In this document: piece after piece, positions 12,510 through 26,279 of the stretch | Numbering within the stretch: the first letter of the stretch is position 1 | Layout: every line of letters begins with the position of its first letter | Assembly (NCBI GenBank): GCA_002104905.1 | Contig: MCFE01000503.1 | Coordinates: forward strand, 1,543 to 65,542 | Direction: 5' to 3' | Source of the DNA: Basidiobolus meristosporus CBS 931.73 | Taxonomy: Eukaryota > Fungi > Basidiobolomycota | Length of the DNA: 64,000 nt | Notes under the pieces: model-generated | What the model saw: the letters and a program-made list of their open reading frames with translations, nothing else | What the model was told of the DNA's origin: nothing | The model's database searches: none | Made by a program: the position numbers and the translations under genes

Positions 12510-13185
12510 GACAGATGTTCACATGGAGACACTTATGCCTTTGGCATTACAAAGCTATGCCTCCCCAATGGGTGGGTAATCAGTTAAGTAATGCAAAGTT
12601 GGGTTTGGTGCAACAACCAACTAATTGCTATAGGACAACCACACCAATATATGCAGGGTTTCTTCTGGTCACAAGCTAATTTCTACACTATCCAATAAGG
12701 AATGCACAAAAACAGGATCCAGAGCACACCTATAAGGGGAACAAGTGTTCAGCAGGGAGATGGAACATGTTGATTAGATACTAAGATGTTCTTTGCAGAT
12801 TTCAGGCTGTACTTATGGCAAAAGTAGAGACAACCAAGCATATATTAACAAGATGTATATTTTACCAGCAATACAAGGTATATGGCAGCTATCAAAGCAT
12901 CACACAAAAAAGCTATAAAGTTGAGACTACACAAGTGTGTCAATTGCAGCAGATGTAGACATAGGTACAGGTTAGGTAAGCTGGAGGCCATAGTTCTTGT
13001 TAATTTGAGCTATATGTGGAATACCCAAGGTAGTAGTGGGTAAGCAATTACAGAGGGGTGACTCTTCACTGGAATATATGAATGGAACAAGGGGTGCTAA
13101 AAACAGAAAGCACCACTTGGAAAATTGGTGTGGGAGCATTATACAGGACTAACTGTAGGCTACTGTACTACCATAATAAAACCTC
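12510..13185 (+). mobile_element. CMC/EnSpm transposase 3' fragment
   Basis: Reverse-complement homolog of ~5580-6240 (gatgttcacatggagacacttatgcc..). Confidence 0.75.
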
Positions 13186-15076
13186 TGGGTCTATACTGCT
13201 GGCATCCTTGTCAATATGACATTATGGTAACAGCTCCTGCTTCTCTATCTTCAAAGGTGCCCCAAGTGTCTCCAAAGATCTCTGCACCACCCTGAAAGCA
13301 TCTTGATGGCAAGTCTGAGGTATAACTGCAGAAGGTAGGTGCAGTAATCAAACAATAACCAATAGAGATGTAGGTAGAAGGTATGATTTCTTGATTAGGG
13401 ATTGACTTCCCTTAAATATCTTTACTGATTACCAGGTTGTTACTAATTACAAGGTTCCAGAAGATTTCAGGCATCATTTGAATGTTTGATGACTTCACTA
13501 CAAGCTAAAAGTATACCAAGAAGGTCCTGGAAGGTTGCAAAATGCACAGCCATTAAACCAGTCAGGAAACAGTAGTCTGAAACCTATGTAACTGAGAGAA
13601 GCTATGTATGGCATTGAAATTGTAGGGATGCATGGTAGTGGAAAGTAATCCCTTACTACATATCTCAAAACCAATAATGCACTCATTTCTTTATTTTGCT
13701 TTTGTAGCATATAAGTGAAAGATCAAGAATATCCAACTTTGAAGGACAAATGCTCCAGACCCTGACAAGCAATCCACCAAAGAATATATATCATGCAGAG
13801 AGCTCAGTAGCCAAATCATTTTTCAGATTACACCTCATTTTAAGCAGTACTTAAGGAGTTATGATCAAAAGAGTCTAATTATCATATACACTAGGGCTCT
13901 ACTGCTAGGATTACTATGGTGACTTCAATTGCATGTAACTTTTGAACCAACCAGTCAAATCATGTGACATTCTCACAGATGCTGCTCCTATGTCTGCTTT
14001 GTGCCACTACAAGATTTAAGTTTTGTGTCACATGTATTGCATGCCCAATTGCCCAAAAACTTTGATCATTCAGAAGTTTCATATAAATGACTTCCCCAGC
14101 CAAAAAATAAAGAGAGCCTCTCTTTCCAGAATCTTCACACTACAATTACAAGCTTAAAGGTTATAAGACTTCCCCTGCATCACTTGCACTGATGAGTATT
14201 CTGACTTTGATCAGTACTACATCAGTAAAGAGACTGCAAAGCTCACACAAATCCAATCTAAGTTCTACAAGAAAACTCCCACTTTTGTGTTGGAAGATTC
14301 CCCTCTAAGAGGCCCCTTTAGAGACCACTTTAAAAGACCCCTTTACTCTAAAGAAGCCCCTTTTGCACCCCATTAGTGTAAAGCCCTCTTTAGAGACCAC
14401 TACAAGAAGCCCCTTCACTCTGAAGAAAGTCCTTTAGACACCCCTTTAGGTCTAAAGACCCCTTTGATGACTTCTACACCTCACCCCTTTAGTTTAGAGG
14501 GGAGTGCAGAGCTTCCATATTGGGAAATATTCTCTCAGAAAGGAAAGTGACTTCAAAATAAGAAAATTTACTATGAAGTAAATAAGCCCAATATTCAACA
14601 GAGGGTCAGAACACTGCTGTAGAAGTGAGGAACACTGCCTATAGTATGTTTTTAGCCTAAGGCTGAGGCTATTAGTGAAAATTATATCTTCTATTGGTAT
14701 ATCAAACTCCCTATATCTATTTCATTATTAGCATACTGGAAGTTGTTTTATATTGTTGATTAGCCTCTACATTGTAGAACAAGCCCCAAACTAATCATAA
14801 TACAACAATACAGATGGTAACTCATACCCAGGTCATGTGTCAAGGGTACTGATGTGGGCACTTGCCTAATGTAGATACTTCTGGTGATCACAAAGCCGTA
14901 TAACATTTGGGATAAACAATGTTGATAACTAATCATGGTAAACATGATATGGAGATTCTACATACAATTGCGGCAAAGAATAATGGGATCATACCAACAA
15001 GATAAAATATTAATATGTGCCTCATTATAGCTATATTGATAAACTTTTCTGTGAGAGGTATGAATACCCTGGCACA
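13186..15076. repeat. One-end-truncated LTR of subfamily B' carrying LTR-C2 as an insertion
   Basis: 13186-13630 and 14813-15076 align contiguously with 16970-17689. Confidence 0.75.
13631..14812. repeat. Solo LTR family C (copy C2, 1182 bp), inverted relative to C1
   Basis: 4-bp TSD GATG (13627-13630, 14813-14816); end-to-end homology to the reverse complement of C1. Confidence 0.85.
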
Positions 15077-16630
15077 AGAGATACTCTGTAATATCTTGCA
15101 AACTCTCTGAAGTTTCTCTGGTATCTTGAAGGGCTTGATTAGCTTGAAATGCTTCATGTACAGCTTAGTCATTAGTATAGGGATATTGTTGACATGCCAA
15201 TGCATTGCTCCCACCAGAAAGCTCTTGCTCCAACAGATACCCTCCATTGTAAACATCTCTGGTCTTGAATTGATTCAAAATTCCAGCTAATGGCTTGAGC
15301 TAGCCAATAGTCATTAGTATAGGGATATTGTTGAAAAGCAAATGAATTGCTCCCAGTGTAAAGCTTTTGCTCCAACAGATACCCTTTATCTTAAGTATCT
15401 GTGGTTTACAATTAATTCCATATTCTAGCCAATGATTTATAGCTTGCTAGCTTTACCGCAATTGCATGTTAACTTTTCTATGTTCTCTCAGTGGGAATAT
15501 GAAGTGTATAGTGAGGTGTTTGGAAAATAAGCATATGATTGAGATATTAACACTACATCTTTCACCAGTGAATGGATTACTGAGCTCACTTAGCTTCATA
15601 AGGTAACCTTGACATTTTTTTCCTTGGGTGTGGTCTAACTGCATATTGAGATTTTGGCAGGCTTATGCAGCATACTGCTCTTAGGAGAGATAAGCTTACA
15701 ATCCATTGGTGAGCCTTCTTCTTCAGAGCTATCACTCTGTGTGCCATGCACAAAAGGCTGAGGAGTGCCTAAAGGCCTCACAAACTCACCTGACTCAGTT
15801 TGTTCAAGTTGACAGGTATTTCTTTATGCTGTTAAAGATATACAAATTGGCCAACAATATCCCTATGAAACATGATTTGGTCCCACAGGCGGATCCAAAT
15901 CAGATCAGCTGTCAGGATCCTATTTAGAGACCATCATAATACCAGCAGCTTGGAGTTAGTGGCACTGATAACAATCTTATGACAGATTCACAACAGTGTT
16001 TTGCTAATTTTACAACCAAATAAAGAGATAAAACTTGGCAAGATTAAATTGGTGCTGTGACAATATTTGTAAGGTATATTTGTAGTCTTTTGGCACTCTA
16101 TAACTATTTTAAGTGGATCCGGTTGGCCAGAACATCCAATTGCCTTATATTACAAGAAACTGGACAGTATTTAAAGGCCTGACAGCAAGACCCACATGGC
16201 ATTATACCAGCAGAATGACAGCCTACAGCTGGCTCCATATAATGCTATTGTACCATCTTACCAAGTGATATTTCCTATTTCTACCTCCTCTTGCGCAATT
16301 CATATATTCCACTGTAGAATCACCCCTCTTTATTTGCTTACCCACTACTACCTTGGGTATTCCACATATACTTTGAATAAAAAAAAACTATGGCCTCCTG
16401 CCTACCAACCCCTACAAACGCACACACCTGCCTCAATTGACATACTTCTGTTGCCTAAACTTTACAGCTTTTTAGTGTGATACTTGCAAAGTTGCCATAT
16501 ACTGTGTACTGCTGGTAACATATACATCATGCAAACATATGCTTGGCTGTTGCCACTTCTGACATGAACACTTCCTGAATATCCACAAAGAACTTCTTGG
16601 TATTTAGCCAGTATAATGCCTTCTCCCTGC
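15077..16630 (-). mobile_element. CMC/EnSpm fragments, including a second element terminus at ~15861 and a ~140-bp-period internal duplication (15170-15400)
   Basis: Homology to 6760-6960, 7990-8160 and 5232-5990; CCCTATGAAACATGATTTGG resembles the TIR at 5232. Confidence 0.75.
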
Positions 16631-19600
16631 TCTCTTGATTTGGTTGAGTTTTGACTAAGTTAAGGTTTGTCTCCATTGGGGTAGCTGCTGGTTTAGAGTC
16701 TTCCATTTGGTACTTCTTTAGTATATCTTGAATATACTTGGATTGGCTTAGTGTAATAGTCTGGGTACTTCTGTTTATGGACAACTTAATCCCTAAGTAG
16801 TAACTAAGTTCTCCTAGACCAGACAGCCTGAACTCCTTAGATAGGCTGGATCTAGTCTCTTCCAATGTTTCTAGGTTATTGGTGGTGTGGTGGTGTAGAG
16901 GTACTCCTGGGAGAAGCTACACTACTCAAGGTGTGTGAGGTGTTTGATGGGTGCAATAACATCTGGGTCTAAACTGCTGGTGTCTTTGTCAATATGTCTC
17001 TATGGTAAAAGCTCCTGCTTCTCTAGCTTCCTAGATGCTCCAAGTGTCTCCAAAGGCCTCTGTGTGTCTTGTGCACTACCCTGAAAAGCTCCTTGATGGC
17101 AGGTCTGAGATTTACTGTTGAAGGCAGGTGCAGTGATCAACTGCTAATCAATAAGGGAGAAGTGATACTGATAAAAGGGATGATTTATTGAAGAGGGATT
17201 GCATTCCCTTAAATACTTTTCCTGATTGCCCAGTGATTACTAATGACAAGGTTCTAGAAGATTCCAGGTATCAGTGGAATTCTGATGACATCACTGTGAG
17301 CTAAAAATATGCCAGGAATGTCCTGGAAGGTTCTAAAAGGCACAGCACATCCAACCAATCAGGGATCAGTAGTCTGAAACCTGTGCAACATAGAGATACC
17401 ATATATGGTATTTAAAAGGTAGGGATGGTTACACAGACCTAGGTCATGTGTAACAGGTACTGACATGGGTACTTGCCTAATGTAGATACATATATGGATC
17501 ACAAAGCTGAAAAACATCTGGGATAACTAATGCTAATAACTAATCAGGGCAAACATCATATGGGGATAATACTAATAATATGGGCAAAAAGAAAAATGGG
17601 ATAATACTGATAAGATAAAATATGGATAAGTACATCATAAAAGCTAGATAAATAAACTTGTCTGCAGGAGGTATGTTTACCCTACCACAGCGGCTATAAT
17701 AAGATCATCCACATATAGAGCTAGTAGTACTGAACTTGTACTATCTGGCTTGTAGTATATACTATAGTCAGCATTACTCCTTTTGAAACTCAAAGATTCC
17801 AAATCAGAATCTAACTTGCAATTCCAGGCTCTCAGTGATTGTTTGAAACCATATAGTGACTTTTTAAGCTTGCAGACCAAATTGGGGTTATCTTGGTCAA
17901 CAAACCCATCAGGCTGCTCCATATACACGGCCTCATCAAGTTCTCCATTTAAAAATGCAGTTTTTACATCCATTTGATGAATAAAAAACTTATATTTGGC
18001 TGTAATAGCCAATATTAATCTGATGGAATTAAACTTGGCTACCGGTGCAAAGGTCTCAGTATAGTCAAGTCCTTTTGTTTGAGAGTATCCTTTGGCTACA
18101 AGTCTTGCTTTGTATCTTACAATTGTACCATCAGCCTTGTATTTTGTCTTGAAGACCCATCTGCATCCAGTTGATTTTTGGTTGATTGGTAATTTGACTA
18201 GGTCCTAAGTTTGATTTTCCAACAGTGCCTGGTATTCCTCATTCATTGCAGATCTCCAAAGCTTTGTCTTAGGGCTATTTAGGGCCTCTGTTACAGTCTG
18301 GGGCTCATCAATATGGACTGAATAGGCATAGGCCAAATTTGTACCTTCATTGATATAGTATTTTGGGCTATTTTTTGTCCAATTGGATCTCCAGGCATTT
18401 GATACTGGAATGATTAATTCTGGGATATTCCTGGGCACTGATTCTGGCTAAACCACAGTTGCAGAGCTGTCTGGAATGAAAAAATTTTCATTGTTTTGCT
18501 TTGATTCAATCCTGATGATTGGTGGATTTGGGATCAGATTTTTGTCATCATCTGATGTCATTTTCTGTGAAAATTTTGAATTTTCTTCAATCAACACATC
18601 CCTTGACTTGATTAGCTTCTTTACTTTGGTATTGTAAAGTCTGTATGCTTTACTCTCATTGCAGTAGCCCATATATATGCATTTTACACTTTTTGGCTCA
18701 AATTTTGACTGATTTCCGGGCAGTTTCTTGGCATATGCTGTACACCCATATATTCTTAGATGCTCTGCACTTGGTCTGTATCCATACCATGCCTCAAATG
18801 GAGTAGAATCACAAAGTACTCTGTTATAACTCCAATTTTTAAGATATACAACAGTGGCAACGGATTCCGCCCAAAAATCATAGCATAATTTTTGATCATG
18901 GATCATAGATCTTGCCATATCAATTATTGATCTGTTAGCATGTTATGCTACTCCATTTTGCTGTGGGGAGTATGGTACAGTAGTCCTTTGCTTTATCCTA
19001 TGAATTTTGCAGAAGCGGATGAAGAATTATGAGGTATATTATCCACCATTGTCAGAGCATATTTTCTTGATTTTTTTGCCAGCTTTTGTCTACACCTTGG
19101 CTTTAAACTCCCTCAACTTGGACAGAACTTCTTCTTTTCTCTCTATGAAGTAGACCCATGTGTATCTTGTACAATCATCAGTAAAAGTGATTTCATACTT
19201 CATCCAACCTAAGGATAAATTTTGCATAGGTCCATACAGATCTGAGTTAATTAGATCCAATTTTTTCTTAGTTTTGATTAACCCAGAGCTCTTGAGCAGT
19301 TGTCTGGCTTGTTTCCCATATATGCAGACTTCACAGAGCTCCAAATTAGCTGGGGGATCAATTTTTACTCCAGAAATTAGCTGAACTTTGATCATTTTGT
19401 GCAAATAATCACAACTAATGTGCCCAAATTTCCTGTGCCAAAGCATTGGGGTTTCTTCAATTAAGTTACTTATATTTGCTTCCAAATATGATGGAATATA
19501 AGTCAACTTATATAGGTTCTGATCTCTGATGCCCAAAGCAATATGGGCACCATTTTGATCATTGATCTTGCATCCAGAATTGTCCAAGCTGAGACTGAGT

Positions 19601-21055
19601 CCTTTTGCAGTGGCCTTACATACAGATAGTAGGTTCTTGGCTATTTCTGGTACATGGGGTACTTCTTTAAAGGTCAGTGTATGGCTTCCTTTACTGCCTC
19701 TTAGATTTACTTGGATAGTTCCTTCTCCCACTGCATCAAGTGTTCTATTTTCACACATGAAAACCTTCTTAATTGGAATTTCTTGATATTGGGTAAAAAG
19801 TACTTTTTGGTGTGTAAAGTGTTGAGATGCTCCAGAGTCAATATGCCACATCTGAGAATCCTTGTTTGCGGTCCTATATAGTGCAGATATGAATAGTCTA
19901 TCTTCAGTTGTTGCAGTATTTCCATTTTCAGGCTTTTTCTGCTGACTATCTTTCTTTTTGAAGCACTGGTCTGATGTGAGTCCTTTCCTTTTGGAGTAGT
20001 TGCAAAATAGGTTACTGTTGCCTTTGTAGGGTCTTGGGTACCTCCTTTGTTGGTTATCATTGCTTATTAAAGCATCTTCTTCTTCCTTCTTATTTGCACT
20101 TGATTTTCTTAATTCTTCATCCAGGAGCCATCCATATAGGTAGTTTAGGGTCAAATCTTTAGTTCTGGACTCTATGGCTGATCCAAGACCCTGAAACCTG
20201 TCTGTCAGGCTATTCAGGATGGTAACTATCACATCTCCATTAATAGTTGGTACTCCCACAGATTCCATCTCATCTACCAACAGGTTCTGTTGATTAGATT
20301 TTTCATTTCTTCTCCTGGCAGCATCTTTGTAGTAAAGAATTTTTGTCTCAAGTACATTTTCTTAGCAGCTGAACACTACTAGTAGGTGTCTTCTAATGCC
20401 TTCCAGGCATTCTTTGATGTCTTTGCTCTTGAGCATCAAATTAGCAATTTGTCCTTAACATTAAGGCAAATGCAGTTAAAGGCACCTTGTTCTTTCTTCT
20501 GGTTTCTTAAGGCTTCCTCTCCCACATTTTTAGGAGAGCATTCTTCTCCCATGACAATATCCCAGAGACCTCTTTCTTGCAGCAGCATCTTCATCTTCAC
20601 CTTCCACACTTGGTAGTTAGATCCATCCAACTTTTCAGCAGAGGGAAAAATTCCAGTAATAGCAGTAGTAGACATTGCAAAGAGTGACAGCTTGGGGCTC
20701 ATCACTTGTTGTAAGAGTCTTGGAGATATTGGAAGTGATTGGGAGAAGAAGTATATTATGTGGTTTTCACTTAATTATTTATTGAATGTAAAAGTAGTAT
20801 TTATACTTTTACCTGGTCTTGGCATTACAAACACATAGAACAGGCTAAGGAAAGGCCCAAGAACATGTGTGCAAAGTTTGGGGCTGTTTGGACAACTTTG
20901 AGAATTTTGATGTTCTGGGTACCTGGTATTTTGGTGAAAATATTCCAAGTAAATCCTGACAAGGAATTTGGTCAGTATTCTCTAGGATTTGAAGGTAATG
21001 ATCTAAGTGAATAAGTCAGGTGAATATTTAGGTGAAATTACAAATTTTTAGATCA
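16630..21055 (-). mobile_element. 3'-truncated copia-A copy A2 (5' LTR 20707-21055), containing solo LTR-B' in RT
   Basis: Gag, zinc knuckle, protease (WHIDSGASQH) and GAG-pre-integrase in one frame at 19090-20280; IN 18448-18918; RT 17677-18012 and 16630-16865. Confidence 0.92.
16886..17689. repeat. Solo LTR subfamily B' (804 bp)
   Basis: TGTGGT..ACCACA ends; 4-bp TSD GTGG/GCGG (16882-16885, 17690-17693) inside copia RT. Confidence 0.85.
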
Positions 21056-21967
21056 TGAATATCTTAGGACACTTGCCGGAGTATTCTCTAAGAACCAAGT
21101 AATTGGCCATATACCTGGAGTATATCACCAAATCTACCTAGCCAACAAATACCACATTAAGTAAAAAGCCTATAGGAACTCAAAAATTGACACGGATTAT
21201 ATCATAGAGACAATTGAAACTTTATTCAAGGATGACATCATTACAGAAAGCCATTCTTCATGGGCCTCCACTGTAGTGAAAGTCCCAAAGAAAGACGGAA
21301 AGCAATGTTTTTGCATTGACTGCCAAAAATTAAACTCTGTCCCCCAGAAGGATATGTATCCATTGCCACTAATAGACAACCTCTTGGACAGACTAATTGG
21401 AGCTAAATATTTTAGCTCTCTTGACTTAATCTTCAGGTATTGGCAAGTAGATGTAGATGCAGATGATTGACCCAAAACTGCTTTTATAACATCTTTGGAT
21501 TATGTAAATGGAACCAACTACACTTTGGCTTGTGCAATGCTCCAGCTACATTCCAAAGTATGACTGACAAGGTGCTAGGAAATCTACAATGGGAATATGC
21601 TCTCATGTATCTGGACAATATCACTATATTCCCTCAATGTATAAGAACATAAACACAACATGGAATGTATCCTGATAGTTCTCCTTCAGAACCAGCTCAA
21701 ACTACATCCCAAGAAGTGCCATTTCCTGTATGCAAAATCGTTGTTCCTGGGCCACAAGATCTTGGCAGATGGGAAATATTCATCTACCTCACTCCTAAAA
21801 GCCATTCCAGATACACCCACACCAAAGAATATCAGTACAGTGTTGGGATTCCTAGGAGCACCCAGTACAAATTGATGCAAAAAGGCCAGTGTTTTATGTG
21901 GTTGGATTCTCAAAAGGGAGTGTTCAATCTGCTGAAACATTTGCTGATGTCACTACCAGTGTTATGT

Positions 21968-23039
21968 TGTGGTGGCGTATAGGTCCAAGAGAGAGATACA
22001 TCCAACACTTTTCAAGTGTTTTTGTGTATAGGGTGTTCACTGGGTGCAATAACCTCTGGCAAAAGCTTGCTAGGAATACTTAGGTTCTGTCTCTAATCTA
22101 GTGTGATGGGGAATAAAGCCACAAGCTTGTCAAGCAAAAACTATTGAGCTACAATCCCCAACTTAGTTGGTGTCTTAACAAAAGTATGTGCTGGGTTCAG
22201 CATCCTTTGAGATGACAATGTACTAAAGCTTCCAAAGTCAAAATAACTCTAAACTCCACCAGCAGGGACTTGATAAGAATGGAGCCGTGGTCAATAGTTG
22301 CAAAGACAGAAAAGTATCTTTGCCTGTACAACAACAAACTTGGGAAAGAATCAAATATAATAAAAGATACCTACTCTGAGTATTCCTCACAAGTAGTGCC
22401 TCCAAGGTCAGTTGGCTATCAGCATGGTATCCTGGGAGTTTCATGTGGTCTGGGGTTGGAAGTTCTGGTAGCAGCAGGTAGCAGTGATCACACTAATCAA
22501 CAAGTTGGTATATTGATAAAAGGGATGATGATTTATTGTTGAAGAATAGCCTCCCTGATATACTTTTCTCACTGGCTAAGTGATTACTAATCATGGTGTT
22601 CCAGAAGGTTCTGGATATCAATAGAAATCTTAATGATATCAGAACAGCCTAAGAATGTTCTACATAGGTGCAGGAAGGTTTTAAGAGGCACAGCACATCC
22701 AACCAATCAGGAACCAGTACCCTGAAACCTGTGTAACCTAGGGATACCATATATGGTATGAAAATGGTAAGGATGATGACATGGGTTGATCATATGTCAT
22801 GGGTACTGACACAGGTACTTGGCTAATATAGAAGTACTTTCTGCTAGTAATCTTACATAAAGTGAGGGATAACCTACGCAATAAGGTAAGCAGGTGTGAT
22901 AGTTAAACAGCTTATGGGATAGTACTTATCAGGTAAGACAAATAGGATGAAACTAAAATATGTGTAGTAGAGAAATAAGGAAGTAGAAAATATGGGAATG
23001 AGCACATCTGTCAGTGGGTGTCACTATCACCTCACTACA
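21968..23039. repeat. Solo LTR family B (copy B1, 1072 bp)
   Basis: TGTGGTGG..CACTACA ends; 4-bp TSD ATGT (21964-21967, 23040-23043); gypsy RNaseH frame rejoins on removal. Confidence 0.92.
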
Positions 23040-23925
23040 ATGTTTTCCCAATTGGGATGCAAGATTTTTTATTAACTGTGATGGAAGTCTCACTAGTATA
23101 GGTACTGTACTGGGATAACACCATCAACCCAGCAAATTCCACCCAATTGGTACGTGAGCTGTTTGCTAAACAAGCACAAGCATCACTACCCTGTTACCAA
23201 GATATAATCTCTGGCTATTGTTTACTCAATTAAACAATTCCATACATACATACATAGTCACCAATTCACAATTGTAATGGACCACAACACATTGGTCTGG
23301 TTGATGAAAACTAAAGACTTTACCAGTTGACTAGCACATTGGGCCCTCCAACTACAAGAATACAACTTCAAAATAATTCATTGCGCTGGCAAGAAACACC
23401 AGAATGCAGACTACATCAATTGCTATCCTGATTGCCAAGTATGTGTCAGCAATGACTACAAGTATGTAGTTTGCTATAAAAGAAGAGGGAGGTGCCCCAA
23501 ACATGTTGTTACAAACAAGCAGAAGAGAGACTTTCAAAGGAAATGGTGTCAGTACAAAGTACAAGAAAACCAATTATGGTTCCTCCAAGGACAGTTCAGA
23601 GTCAAGGTACCCCTGATAACTGCCTGCAAAGAAATCATTCAAGAAAGACATATGTCATTAGGGCATGCTAACCCCCTAACAACATATAAGATGGTAAGAA
23701 AGATATTTTGCTGGAAAAAAATGATGACCTATGTGACAAATATGTTGCAAAGATGCTCCACCTACAAAAGATTTAACTGAAGTCAGAAGATAGGGACAGC
23801 AGCACTAATACCGGTTGACCTACCCTTCCACCAGGTAGGAATTGACTTTGCTGCCCCTTTATGAAAACAAAGAAAGGAGAACAATACATCATATTTGCTA
23901 CCAATTATTTTTCAAAGTGAGTAGA

Positions 23926-24454
23926 TGTCATGATCACATGACAGCCATGAACACCCATGACAAGTTTTAGCTTCCTAGCTCAATTTCTAAGAGATCCTTT
24001 CTGGAACCTTCTACCACCTTCCAGAAAGTTCCTGACCATTCCAAACCATTGTTACACAATGGAACACTCCGTGGAAGGTTCCCATTGTATTTTTCATAGT
24101 CCAGCACCATATATGGAAATTCCAGGTCACATGACTTAGTCACATGATCAGGTGGCCCAATCCATTTCCCCATCCTGTCTCAGTACCTTACCATCTATAT
24201 TACTATGCCCAGTACTGCTGATGTGCCTTACCCCATAACCCCATTAGTATTAGCTAATATCTCTTGGCATCAGTATAGCCAAAAAGTATATATAGTCCTA
24301 TCTCCCCTTAAGTATTCCTCATTCTGATAAGCACAGGTCTTGAATAAACAGCCTTGCCTTAGAGATCCACCTTGCCTTGTTGATCCACACCTAAGTCCTT
24401 TCTTGGTCCTGCTTTGCCTAGCTCTACTCTCCTGCCTTGTTTCTATTCATAACA
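23926..24454. repeat. Solo LTR family D (529 bp)
   Basis: TGTCATGA..TCATAACA ends; 5-bp TSD GTAGA (23921-23925, 24455-24459) inside gypsy integrase. Confidence 0.88.
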
Positions 24455-25898
24455 GTAGAAGCCCAAGCCATTCAAAATAAAGATCAGAAGACAACTGCCC
24501 AACTCATTCTAGAACACCTCATCTGCTGGCATGAATATTATCAGATACTCCTGTCCAACAATAGTGGCTCCTTTCTGAACAACACCATGGTCCATTTGTT
24601 CAAAATGATGGGCATGAAACAGGTCTTCATGGCCATGTATTACCCCCTGACCAATGGCTTAACCAAGAGGATGAACCAGAAGTGTTGCCACATACTAGAG
24701 AAGCTTCACTGGGAGCTTCCTCAGTCATAGGCCAAGCTGCTCCCACTGACACTCCTAGCAATGCACAGCAATGCTTACAATACCAAATAAAACAACAGGT
24801 TTCTCCCCATACAGAGTTCTGAATGGACAAAGGCCTAAGTGGCATGAAGTAGCTGGATTGATAATGAAAGGTGTCCCCTTGACAACACATAACAACTATG
24901 TAGAAAGGTTGATACACTGTATTGCCCACCTATACATAAAAGTATTCAAAAATGTCAACAAGCACCAGCCCCTCCACCCAACAATGAGAAACTAATGGGA
25001 CAAAAGTGGAAACCAGGCAATAAGGTATGGTACAGCCAAACCTTTCCAGGCCTGAGGTTTTGCCCACAATTTGCACCCCAAAGGATTGGCCCTTGCACTT
25101 TTATTAGTTTGGACCACAGACCAAAGTACACCATCACCCTGAACAATAAGACAATCAGCAATGTAGCACCAGCCCATCTGAAACCGTTTCATGATGATCC
25201 ACCAATCATCACTGAAACCAAAGTGTGATCAAACAATTATCAAGGCAAGGATGGAGGAAGACACAGGATACATATGAAGTTTAGTAGAGGTGATTTTAGT
25301 TGATATAGGTACAAATGATATGTGCAAGGAAGTTTGCCCAAAAGGGAGAACAAAAGAATGCATATGGAAAGCACCAAAGGAAACAGTTCACCTGAAACTG
25401 GTGATACCCCTCCCACCAGTAAGAATCAATCAATCCAACTCTCCCAAGGAACCTACCCAAAACCCTATGGTTTGTCAATTGTTTGGCTCTGTGGAAAACA
25501 TCCCTCAAGCAGTGCAAGCCACACCCCACTCTGCTGCCAAATGGTATCAGATACTTGCCTGCAACCTTCTTGCAAGTGACAACCAGCAATGCTACTATAG
25601 TGACTCCCCATGCTCCATAAACAGAATCAAACCTGGAGAAGCAAGTTAGTCAGAGAACCTCAAGGGCAAAGCTCCCTTTCAACCACCAAGATATGTGAGT
25701 ACTAAATGTGGCACCCATTCTTTGCCCACAAGCTCTCTCCAGAGTCTTACCCAAGGTCCCCCAGTATCCTTCATATAATTCCCCCATATGTCCTCCCTCC
25801 CTTTCCTGCCCTTATCTACCTAAAACCCTTACTATAACAGGAAGGTGTTGACACCCCTATTTTATAACACATTGTCTATTATCTAAGCCCCCCAAGTG

Positions 25899-25914
25899 AT
25901 ATATATATATATAT
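25899..25914. repeat. (AT)8 microsatellite
   Basis: atatatatatatatat. Confidence 0.9.
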
Positions 25915-25949
25915 CCAATTGAACCAAGTGAGTGAACAAGATTTTTGGA

Positions 25950-26275
25950 TGGAATAAACGCAAGTCTTTATTACTTTGCTACCTTCTAATGGAAGCTATT
26001 CTGAACCAAGTGCTGCTAACTTGGCCAACAAGCTCTCTCACTCACCAAGTACAGTCAGTAATAACCCACACTGGTGCTTGGGTAATAATAATGTGTGTGA
26101 GTTATGGAGCAGATGCCCTGGATCTCACACATTCAACATTAATACCATCCATTGTGCCTGAAAAAACCTGCTATATTGCTGACAGCTGGGGTATCTCAAA
26201 TGCAGATAATAATATGCACTTTGACATGACAGCCATTAACTGTTGTTCCACTGGAAAGCATATAAAGTTCTAATT
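25950..26275 (-). mobile_element. CMC/EnSpm transposase fragment
   Basis: Homolog of ~6980-7250 (GDTPAVSNIAGFSGHNGWY motif on the minus strand). Confidence 0.75.
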
Positions 26276-26279
26276 GACA

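Larger units (their letters stand above)
4823..12510 (-). mobile_element. Older copia-A copy A0 (rest of 3' LTR 4823-4963, PPT, RH/RT remnants), split by a CMC transposon (5232-10826) and solo LTR-C1 (11094-12323)
   Basis: Copia RH/RT sequence is continuous across both insertions (..ggttgctt|tt cttgaattcc..; ..ggacatgttc|gttc taagcatgat..). Confidence 0.85.
21056..25850 (+). mobile_element. Degenerate Ty3/gypsy pol (RT-RNaseH-integrase, possible chromodomain), interrupted by two solo LTRs
   Basis: SHSSWASTVVKVPKKDG..DMYPLPLIDNLLDRLIGAKYFSSLDL; YLDNI; LPVLC|FPNWDARFFINCDGS; GIDFAAP; YYPLTNGLTKRMNQ; right end approximate. Confidence 0.88.

Noticed and set aside
25290-25649. ILVDIGTND as an SGNH esterase block (LINE ORF1-like)
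   Set aside because: Only one motif matches, with no GDS or DxxH blocks; its position after the integrase fits a decayed chromodomain better
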